A stretch of 64,000 nucleotides of DNA from Bigelowiella natans CCMP2755 (taxonomy: Eukaryota > Protista > Cercozoa), in assembly GCA_000320545.1 (NCBI GenBank), contig ADNK01001860.1, forward strand, positions 176,729 to 240,728. The letters are read 5' to 3'. This document shows positions 40,342 through 50,600 of the stretch, piece by piece. How positions within the stretch are numbered: position 1 is the stretch's first letter; every line of letters begins with the position of its first letter. The notes beneath the pieces were generated by a model, which was given only the letters and a program-made list of their open reading frames with translations, did not search any database and was not told the origin of the DNA. The position numbers and the translations under genes are program-made.

Positions 40342-41045
40342 ACTACTATTACCAAACGGGAAGGCCTTTAGAGCTCGGATAGTCGTAGCTGCTGCCCATA
40401 ATGTCTTCCCATGAGTTCCAATTGGTGTAAACCCCCGCAGGAATACCACGTGATACACCAGCATCTACAAGTCCCTTCATGAACGCCTGGTTCTCGGAAT
40501 GGTGGACGGGCCAAGATCCCTCAATGTCGTACCAAAGACGCCCGATCTTAAGTAAAGGAAATATTAGAATGCAACAATTGCAGGTGGGTATTGCACAAAT
40601 TCTACCAAGCTTTCTCATTGTACATATTTTGGACATATTTCGCTCGATGTTGGCAATAGCTACCTGTACGCCGGCATCTTCGAGCGCGTTAAGTGCATCG
40701 GCAACCTGACCCGCTGGATCGCCGCATTTGACGCATGGATACAAATAGCCATCAACCTTCTCGACACCAGCCGCCCTCGCGCTTTTAATGGAGGCGGGAG
40801 CGCTTTTATCTGGGGCACCGTATGAATGGTACACTCGGACCGTGGCAAATTTCACAGGACCCTGATTTGCCGTTCATGAGCACATGAAGATCGAAAGATG
40901 CAGGATGTTGTGTTCAAACCTGTCCGCCAGGGCTCAAAAGGCACTCCCATGTGGACTCTGAAATCTCCGTCTGCACATCTACGCCCGTGAGGCCGCGAGC
41001 TGCGCCCATGTGCCAGGTAAGCAGTGCAAAGAACACCACCACCAT
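38642..41045 (-). CDS. Secreted GH25-like lysozyme fused to a C39-like cysteine peptidase domain
   Basis: Signal peptide; GVDVQ...WECL; FATVRVYHSYG; VDGYLYPC; RLWYDIEG; GVYTNWNSW; YPHYDGNPSFSDFQQFGGW (amoebozoan/ciliate-type GH25). Then YSQCDSRWKNEPLG...ICKAGCAMSSLAM, NPSQLNAWL, GSHWVLLTGY...YVNDPGF (C39-like Cys-His-Asp). Final exon YPHSEMLRFSVYH*. Confidence 0.8.
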
Positions 41046-44000
41046 TTCAAGTTTCGAGGCTTTCGAGGCAGACGACATGCGGTGACGAAACGCAGGGCAT
41101 TTCCATCCAAAAGACAACGAAATTGTGCGTCACACAATGAGTGAACCTTGCATTGCAATGCGTTGTTGTTCAAGTGTTGACCACCTCATCCATGATCCGA
41201 ATTCGCCGATGCGGCGCGCGATGCGGTGATGGGCGGGGGAGCGTTGAGTTCCTGGACACCGGTGGGATGGACAGACATGGCGAAGGATGCATGGATCTGT
41301 GTTCAAGATTCAAAGTTGCATTCGGAAAAAAAATTGGTGCGATGCGGCAATGGGCGGGGGGGTTGGTCACCTCCCACCCCTGAACCACATTCCTGGTCAC
41401 TGGTGGGGTAGACAGACTTGTCGCCCCAGCCACCGGTGACTCGGTAGCCACATGAAGGATGTGTGGATCTGCATTCAAGATTCAAAGTTGCATTCGCCGA
41501 ATTGGCACTGGGTGGTGGGTTTCTCGGTTGCGAGGGTGGCTTTTCCCCTCCCTGTGCCACATTCCTGTTCACCGGTGGGGCAGGCCACCGGAGAATTGGA
41601 TGCCAAATGAAGCCTTTTCGGATCTGCATCCAAGATTCACCCTGGATGAATCCCATCAGGATGAAGGTGTCCTCCTCAAACTTTGTGCCCTCCAGGCAAT
41701 GTCTCCATTGGGCCGGGGATGTTGTGGTTGGCGTGAAGTCAGTGCTTCCAATTGCAATGATGGGGGCTTTGTCTCCGCAAAAGCCGGGGATGCTGTGGTC
41801 ATTGCGAAGCTCGCTGTCCAAATGGACCAGGAACGAAGAATGCATCCTCCTCCACCTTCACGCCTTCCAGTGAGGGCAATGTCTCCGCAAAAGCCGGGGA
41901 TGTTGTGGCAGGCATGAAGTGGACCATGAAGGTGTGGTCCATGGGATTGTGCTCTTGGGGGTCGCAGGTGTGGTGTTCTTGCTTGGTGATCTCCAAGCAC
42001 GAGCAAACCATCACGACAGGATTTGGGGATGCGTGATCCCGAAGTTGGCAAACACCAGGCACCAAAAACAATGAAACTAGGAACGGAGGAGTGGCCATTC
42101 TTGATTCCTTTTGGTTTCACCAAATGGTCCTCACTGAAGTCAGTTCTGAGTTCGAGGCACTGCGTTTCGCACACTGCAAGTGTCTTGTTGCACTTTGGAA
42201 GTGTGGTTCTTTGTCATTGTTCATTGTTCATTGTTCGTTGTGCTCACTTGAGTGCTGTGAGAATTCAATTGTTCTCCGGCATCAGAGCAGCTCTCGGCCC
42301 TGCATCTCCTGCTTGCTCTTCACTTTTTGATGCCCCTGACTCTGTCAAGACCAGAGTCTTGCTCGGCGCCCCCTCGGTTGTCCCCAACGTTGATCTCCGT
42401 GTGGACGTGGCGCTCAGGAAGTTCCTGCTCAGGATGGATGCTTTGCGTCGTCGTCGTTTGGCTGCTGGTTGTGATGTGTTCAACGTTTAGTTCGTGCCAA
42501 TTTGCACGAACCGCTGGTTTGCTGGTCAGTCCTCACTGAAGCCAGTTCGAGGCACCACGTTTCGCACATTGCAAGTCTGGAAGTGTCACCTTGTCACACT
42601 TTGGAAGTGCAGTTTTTCATCATTGTTCTCATTGTTCACCGCACGACCACCTGTGCGTGTCTTGCCCAGCTGCCGCGCCCTCCAACAATCTTTGTTGAAA
42701 GTGACATGGCAAAATCCACAGCAGAGCTGTGGCGCTCACTCTGCACGCCACAGCGTCCCACCTTGTGTGCGACTCGCGACACACAACGTCCTGAGTCGTC
42801 CCCTGGCGACGCGCTGCGTCGCATGCGGAACAGTCTGAGAACGCGCAGCGAGAGCTCTTGTGTTCTGGGAAAGTTCTTTCGTTCTTCCTTGGACTGGCCG
42901 CGTTCTTGGACAAGTCCAGGAACTGTCACAGACAGAGCGTTCTGCACATCACAGCGTTCGTGCAGCACGACAAAGGCGTCGGAACGACGCACAGTGAAAA
43001 CAACGCATGGTTGCATTGCAGGTGAAAGCTTTCTCGGAGCCGCACGCGCAACTTGTGCCTGCTTGCATGCAAACACAACTCAAAAGACAACACAACAACT
43101 CAAACACCACAACTGCAAACAACAGTTCAAGTTTCATCAACGCTTTCATGAATCACGTTCAACCGCCTCTTGTTGACGCAGCAGCGATGCATGCGTGCAC
43201 CCCAATGCCCGATTCAGCGCAGGACGACAAAATCGTGGATCGCTGTCTCGACAGGCCCGGTGCAAAGGCAAAGCAAGCACGGGAACCTCCTGTCGGCAGG
43301 GCCACGTCTCTCAACTCGTCAGCTGAGAGCAAATGCGTGCTCGGTGCATCCCCATTGGCACACGCCGCTGACGAGGGCGATGTGCACTCCGCGCAGAGTG
43401 AGCGCGACAGAGCATCGTCAAAAACACTGCAAACTTGTTCTCACCCAAAGTGATGAACGAGGCACATTCAAATCAAAAACAGGGAAGCCATTGGACAAAT
43501 GGCTGACGGAAGAACAATTCAGATCTTTGAAGAACAAAAGATTTTTGCATGTGACATCATCAAACATGATGACATGCAATGCACAATGTGCATGACACGT
43601 GTGGTGCATTGCTGTGTCCATCATCATGGACACACACAAAAGGAAATCTGCTGAAGAACTTGTCATCAAGTTCGGTCAAGGCAAGGGAACTCAACCAGCA
43701 TCAAGATTGAAAGATCACATGTCACATTGTGGTTGCACTGACTCCAAAAGACCTTGGATGGGTTGCAAATTGCATTGCTCATTCATCACTGAAAAGAGCA
43801 AAAAAGTAGCAGCTATGAACTCCATGGTTCACAAATGTGAACTAAAATCAAAACAGCATGCTAGAAAAAACAACTTGTTAGCAGACAGAGGCGATGAAAG
43901 AACATTGATGAGGTTGAGTAAATTGACAAGCGCTACCGAGTAGGCAATGTGTTGTGTTGCTATCCAAAGCGCTTGATCAAGTGTTGCATGTAGCATGCAA

Positions 44001-44050
44001 GTTGTAGATCGAGAGAGATGTGATGACTGCGACTCTCAGTTGAGCCGTCT
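41020..44050. mobile_element. Decayed composite repeat/mobile-element relic, TpA-depleted
   Basis: Internal direct repeats (41282-41324 vs 41454-41496; GTCTCCGCAAAAGCCGGGGATG at 41771 and 41881) and two copies of the dispersed 30-bp-core repeat also found at 6.3 kb. Only 4 TA in 41020-43806 and none in 42490-43806. Confidence 0.65.
43440..43943 (+). pseudogene. Relic ORF, possibly GIY-YIG/T5orf172-like (virus or mobile-element type)
   Basis: VWCIAV...LVIKFGQG...ASRLKDHMSHCG reads as V.YIA...IKFG...SRLKDY.SYYG if TG/CA are reverted to TA, resembling the 'VY.....KIG.....RL..Y' pattern. An in-frame TGA lies upstream. Confidence 0.35.
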
Positions 44051-44150
44051 ATCTCATACACCTGGCTCAAAATAGTACCCCTGTTGGAGCGATGAGTGGC
44101 CAGAAAAGCAAAAGGGCCCGAACTGGAACCATTTTATTTTGATGAATGTG

Positions 44151-45095
44151 TTATGCCATACCACTCGTGGACTTGAGCTCCATTGCTGAACCAGATCCCT
44201 TGTGCATTTCCTTGACAACGTCGTCCGGCTCATGTGCGTCAGGACCGTAAAAGTGGGCAAAGGTCGCGAACAGGAAGCCGTACACCGTGGTGAGGACGGT
44301 AATGGAGGTGACGAATATAGTGAAGGGGGAGTGATGGACCTTTCTTTTGCAGGTAAAGCTTCGATACGCCTGGTCCTTTATGTCGCACAACATGTTCCTT
44401 GCATAGTTCATTGTTAAACTCAAGCTTCTATTCATGGAGCTCTTTGCATCATCATCGGGTGCAACGGTCCAACCAGACGGGGTAACATATGATGGCGCGG
44501 CCTCCGCGAGGAATTCCCCAGGGTTGCGAACTTGTTGAGCAGTTGGACACGCAGGCTGACTGTAAAGTCGGTCTACGTTAGGGTCCCATGCCCACTCATA
44601 AGCCAGTTGACAGCAACGATCTGTGGTGGAGAATGCGGCTGTTCCACACCTTTTGACGACTGAACCGCCTTTCTTAGCCTGGTCAGTGTTCGACTGATAG
44701 ACAATATAGTTCATTTTCACGGTTACCGTTGCTCCCCCGTACCGGATCCAGTTAAACTTTATGTCCATGCTCTGGTCATGGGTGCTCCCAGATGAACCTC
44801 GCAACACTTGATCCCACTGGTACATCATGACATCCGCGTTTGCAATTGTTTCATCCCAGTTTGACCTGCAGTCGCCGCCAGGAAAGTTTCCCAAAGTGCC
44901 ATACAATGTTTCAAGATTCGCGCTATTCTCCGTGCAGTCGTCGCCAGTATCGGTGCTCTGCTGCTCTGTGATGGTCTCTGTCTCCATGGAGTAGAATACG
45001 ATGATCAGTGAAAACGCGATGGCCATGAGCGGGTAGAAGTACACATACTCTTGTCGTCCTTTGACACTCTGAGGATACTCAAGCTTGACTCCCAT
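44151..45095 (-). CDS. Orphan intronless membrane protein: two TM helices flanking a Cys-rich ectodomain
   Basis: Open frame from ATG 45095 (MGVKLEYP); hydrophobic YFYPLMAIAFSLIIVFY near the N-terminus and FTIFVTSITVLTTVYGFLFATF near the C-terminus; normal Tyr and TpA content. Confidence 0.7.
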   Translation of the reverse strand: MGVKLEYPQSVKGRQEYVYFYPLMAIAFSLIIVFYSMETETITEQQSTDTGDDCTENSANLETLYGTLGNFPGGDCRSNWDETIANADVMMYQWDQVLRGSSGSTHDQSMDIKFNWIRYGGATVTVKMNYIVYQSNTDQAKKGGSVVKRCGTAAFSTTDRCCQLAYEWAWDPNVDRLYSQPACPTAQQVRNPGEFLAEAAPSYVTPSGWTVAPDDDAKSSMNRSLSLTMNYARNMLCDIKDQAYRSFTCKRKVHHSPFTIFVTSITVLTTVYGFLFATFAHFYGPDAHEPDDVVKEMHKGSGSAMELKSTSGMA

Positions 45096-45549
45096 GATGC
45101 GCACTGCACGGGTGGGTTGTCTAACAGGGATAAGATAATAAGGCTGTTTCGTGTCCAAAATCGGGAAATAATTGTCGCATTAGAATTGCCCCAACTTAAG
45201 CGACATATATGAGTATACCAATTCAGTTTTCGGATTTACTAAGACTTTTCATTATTAGGACCATTAGTTTTATCGTATTATTATTATTAGGGTTTAGTCA
45301 TCATTATTAGCACGTTTCGCCTAGACTACGGTTCACGTTTCCCCTGTTTTTTTTTTTTTTTTTGGTCCGACGGACTTTTTCTTCTCGGCCGACTTTTTCT
45401 TCTTCACACAAAGATGGCCAACAAACTGTTGTCGCATCCTTAAAACTAGGATGCCGCAACCTGAAAATTAGCATTTTAAAATGTTGGTAAAAGATTCTAA
45501 TTTTGAGAGTGCGACAATGAATTTTTAAATTTGAATTGAAAGTTAGCAA

Positions 45550-47150
45550 CAAGTGTGAGAGACGACTTTGGAATGGCGGACCAGAATGGAAGAGACAAAG
45601 CACCATCTCCCAGTGAAGCAAAGATGAAGAAGAGATGGGAAGAGTTTCATGCTTCCGTTGATGAGGACTTCAACTACACAGAATGTCTGCTGCAGCAAAA
45701 CCAAATGTCACCAGATGTTGGAGCAACAGGAGAGGGAATTGAATGCTCTGAGAAAACATTCATTCTCATCATTGAAAAATCGCAACATTTCTGTTCTTCA
45801 CTGCCTGTGGAAAATTGCATCATCAGATGATGTTGTTGCAAAACAGGTGGTTGACGGACCATTGGAAAACTTGTCACACACAGCCGAACTCAGCAATCAT
45901 GCGGATTCATCTTCAAGAAACGTCCCATCTGCTCCTGATGCACTGCATGACAAAAGTGTTGATGATCAAGTCCGTGAAAGATTGTTGGTGAGAGAACCTG
46001 ACACAAGTGATCCAGACGATGTGCATGGCACGTGTGATCATCAAGGTGGAACTTGCATGGGGAATGTGTCAAAAAAAATTGCAAAAAGTGGAACTTTGAT
46101 CACAGAAATGGGAGAGTTTCTTCAAGCGAATTTTGTCATTCCTGCAAAATCACAAAGATGGCTGTTGTTTGATGCGTGTGATGATTTTTCCAATCAGCCC
46201 AGAGAGGTCACATCAGTTGGTTCTGATGATGAAGTCAACTGGGAACATGCACAAGGTTGTGCTTTTGGCACAGAAAGAGCAGCAGGTTGAGTTGACACAT
46301 TCGTTCATTTCCAAATGACTGCTGGCATTGATGATTTTGGAAGCAAAGTCCCATTGTCAACCATGAACACAATTTGCACCCACAACGTTCAAGGAACATC
46401 GGTCAATGGTGGAGTGCACATTGAGAAACAAGTGATTTCCACAAACATCATGGATGGATTGTCAAACAAGTTGAAGCAGCAAGTGATTGGTCCATCAATG
46501 AATTTGAGTCATTCGGACATGAAAAAAAAGATGTCAACGTGAGACAAGAAGTTCTCAAAATCAAAGATGTTGAAACAAAAACGACGACATTGGAAACAAA
46601 AACAAACACAATGGAAACAAAAACAAACACAATGGAAACTGAAACAACAACATTGGAAAACAAACTTGATCCAATCACTTCATCATCCAATGATGAACAT
46701 CAATTTTCAAGTTCCATTTTTGCAAGTGGATCAAGATCCAAAACCAGTCCACAAAGTGATGGCATTTGTTCAGGAATGGATCTGCATTCTGCAAGCAGTG
46801 TGGAATTTGTCAGTCCAACCTGTCGTGTGGATTTCATGCACAATGATTTGGGGACAGATTGCACCCATGGGATTTTGTCAAGTGATGATGGTGTTCATGT
46901 CACAGGTGATGCACGTGTGAATGATGCCAAAATTGCTGGAGATTTGACACTTCAAGGTTCTTTGTCATCGAACACAATGACAGATTTGACAAACAGGTTG
47001 AATGCAGTTGAAGCATTGGCCACAAGCAATGGTGACAAAATTCAAAATGGATTCACCAATGCAGATGTGCCCATCACAAGAGTGGCAAATGACTTGTCAG
47101 TTTCTGGAACTGTGTTTTTTGAGAGTGGAAATCAGCCGTTCGAAACTTCC
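45550..47150 (+). pseudogene. Relic virus-like fibre/attachment gene (discoidin F5/8-like domain, heptad coiled coil, phage-tail-type motif); probable endogenous viral element fragment
   Basis: Intronless and AT-rich. GEFLQ...QPREVTSVGSDDEVNW resembles 'GEWLQ...P..F.L.GSND..NW'. A 21-bp repeat encodes (L/M)ETKT(N/T)T. RVDFMHNDLGTDCTHGI resembles 'IDF.Y.....DY..RI'. Broken by a TGA (46288-46290) and a frameshift near 46530. Zero TA in 45677-47170. Confidence 0.55.
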
Positions 47151-47284
47151 CCCCCCCCCCGTTCTGAGATTACTCTTGACAATTTGTGTGTGAAAATGGG
47201 TCCTTCACCCCCGTTGTGTGTGGGGCGCTGTCGCACATGCTTCTAAGAGAGGTCGGCCGCCGATCCCCTCCTTGCTCTTTGCTT

Positions 47285-47319
<35 letters not shown>

Positions 47320-47558
47320 TGTGCACATGCACACGTGCATGTGTACACATGTGTGCATGTGTGTGTACATACATGCACATACACACACACACACACATGT
47401 GTGTGTGTGTGTGTGTTTTATGTGCGTGTTTCCTCAATTTCATCAATATTACCTTCTGCTTCTTCTTCTTCTTCTTGTTGTTCTTGTTCTTAGGGTTGGC
47501 TTTACCTCGAGATCGTTGCCTCCCTCACGGCCATGGTTCATAACACACACACACACAA

Positions 47559-47606
<48 letters not shown>

Positions 47607-47697
47607 AGAGGGAGGGAGGGAGGGAGAGAGAAGGAAGGAGAGAGAGAGAGAGCTGCTATCCAATTATAAATGAATGGAAATTTCTCATTACTGCAAT

Positions 47698-47731
<34 letters not shown>

Positions 47732-47982
47732 CTATATGCGTCATTAGATTGGCGTGTGGATGGCACTTCGTTGCCCATCGTCCTTATCATCGTCCTTCTG
47801 CTACGATGCGAAGGTGGTCTTCGGTCTTCTTTTCTTTCACGTTTGTAATGATAATGATGACGATGAATGGAAGATGAATGGTGATGAATGATGATGATGG
47901 AAAGATTCAATGCACATTACTAAGAGCGAGACCATGCACACGCTCCTTGTCCGGATCAACGCACGCAGCAGTGCGATGTATT

Positions 47983-48017
<35 letters not shown>

Positions 48018-48154
48018 TAATATACGCATAATATATAATATAATATAATATATATATATATATATATATAAAATTATCATTGTAACCTCAGGACATGGTC
48101 ATTGCCCTGTGCGCTCCTTTATTTGCTGGGGTACTACTTCTACTACTACTACTT

Positions 48155-48186
<32 letters not shown>

Positions 48187-48258
48187 GCTGGTGCTGCATT
48201 GTCTAGTAGCCATATCAGTTGTAGCAGCAGCAAGTGTTGTTATTAATACGGTTATCGG

Positions 48259-48291
<33 letters not shown>

Positions 48292-49306
48292 GTGTGTGTG
48301 TGTATGTGTACACACACATCCATACCTCCTATTCTTAAAATTGGATGTTTTTACGTGTGGCTACTAGGCTGCATTTGTTGCGCTACGGAAGGCAGATCAG
48401 GTGTTTTTGCGATTTGATGATGATGATGACGACGACGATGATGATGATGATGATTCGATAGCGGATATCACCCACTTGGGGGGGGGGGGAGGGGATAAGG
48501 GGGGGTGGAGGGAACATGTGTTAACACCCGTCAGTATTCTATAAAAACCCTAATGATTTTAATCTAATGCTGTTTGACCCACTCCCCCGTCCCCCGCCTC
48601 CCTCCCCCAAAGATCCACAAGACGCACCCGTTAGTCATCGTCAACTTCTTCGCGATGTTTACGGTATGGATGATAGCATCAACACCATCACCATCAACAC
48701 CATCATCATCATTTATCACATCCAAACTACATCACGCCGTCACCGCCCAACCGCATCATCGTCATCATCAGCGGCCGTCACCAAAGAACGGTGTTGCTGA
48801 TGGGGTGCTAGGTGGCCCTTGCCATAGGAATCTTGAGAGCACTCACTGACTCATGTATATTCACCTAATGCTCTCGCAACAATGCAACGTCTTGGCCAGG
48901 TGTTGCTTTCCCTTCCGATGGACGTCTCCCTCGCGCACTTCGGGGTAGTAGCAGCAAATGAAGCACGGCGCTGATCAATGATGATGATGAGGAGGAGGAG
49001 GAGGAGCGTGTTTGTTTGAGTACTTGTCAGTGTGCTCGGGGAGGTTGAAATTACATCCAAACCCCGCATACTGATTGCTTTTTACTATTCTTTTGAAGAT
49101 GCACAATTCCGAGGCCAGCCCACCCCCTGCTGCTGCTGCTGCTGCTGGGGCGGGGGAGGGGGAAGAAGGGGGTCTTTTGTGGTGATGACTACGTGGAGCC
49201 TATAAACGCAAACAGGTTCACGATAACACACTGGGCCCTCATCATCTTCATAAGGTGAAATGAAAAGCAAGATTGATGGTGATGGCGATGGTGATGGCGT
49301 GTGTGC

Positions 49307-49343
<37 letters not shown>

Positions 49344-49963
49344 AATATACAAACTCAGAGAACGACGATTTTAACTATCCCATCACTGACGCTGCTCCTC
49401 CTCCTCTTCTTCTTCTTCTTCTTCTTCTTGCTGTTGTTGTCACTTCTCTCTTTGTTCTTCTTCTCCCTCCTCCTCCCGTGGCGTATTCGCACGGGTGTTC
49501 TTCAGCCTGAGCGCATTCGTGTCTCAATTCCTTCTGACCGTCGGCCTACAGGTGAGAGAGAGAGAGAGAGCGATTTTCAAAGTATTCGTGGCCTACTCCT
49601 TGCTTCTTCTTCTTCTTTCGTCGAATAACGATCCACATGCACCGAACATCGGAAACTGCATGTGAGCGCGGAGCGCCAACCCTAGCCAAAATGCTGTTGC
49701 TCGAATCCTTTCCCCCCCCCCCCCCCCCTCCCCCCCTCCTCCTTCTCCCGCCTCCTCATAAATTCACGCCGCAGATCGAAAGGGCCGCCCCGGCGTCTCT
49801 CGTCATGCTCATCGGGTGCGACGAGTGGCTGAATTGTTGGCCCGGAATGGAACCGCGATGGCGCAATTGTTTTTCTATGATTTCCTCGTCGCTGCCATTT
49901 ATTTTGTTTGAATTGCGGGATTGGGTGATGATGATAATGGTAGTAGCAATGATAATACTGATA

Positions 49964-50019
<56 letters not shown>

Positions 50020-50327
50020 ATTTTACGTTGGTTTTGCCGGTATTTTGTAGGATCCCAGCCACCTTCGCACTGCAGTACACATTCGTGGTAGTATTGCTGG
50101 CTGTGTGCGTCCATGGAGAGAAGAAAGAGAGAGAGAGAGGGAGAGAGAGAGAGAGAAGACAGCAACTTGCTCTATCACATATACGGTGTGATGATACGCA
50201 CTGCTACTGCCATGGCAAGCGAGTGCAATGGTGTTTCTGCTTCGATTTGTTATTCTCTCGATTTCATCGTCCTCCTCCTCCTCCTCCTGCACGCCCTCAA
50301 TCCGTCCAAACAGCACAATACATTTAA

Positions 50328-50363
<36 letters not shown>

Positions 50364-50561
50364 ATATTTATATTCTTTCCTGGAATGCACGTAAAATGAT
50401 ACGATGTTAATCGGTAGAAATGCGAGCCGATAAGCGCCCAGAGCTTGTCAGGAGGCCTCATTTTAATGATGAGGTAGTAGTAGCGGCAGCAGCAGTGGAA
50501 GTAGAGAATCGTGCTTTGTAGTCCCACGTTCACCCGCATAATAAAACAAGACGCAATATGT

Positions 50562-50600
<39 letters not shown>

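Noticed and set aside
41141-43453. Numerous 100-220 aa ORFs on both strands
   Set aside because: Tyr-poor, Cys/His-rich and mutually overlapping; an artefact of TpA depletion.
41020-47170. CpG methylation-deamination or classical RIP as the cause of the TG/CA differences
   Set aside because: CpG remains common in the islands while TA is what is missing. RIP would increase TA. TA-vs-TG and TA-vs-CA pairs and motif restoration point to TA ancestors.
45677-47170. Alternative genetic code or simple codon bias explaining the absence of Tyr
   Set aside because: TA is absent in all three codon phases and in non-coding repeat DNA, and neighbouring genes use the standard code with normal Tyr.
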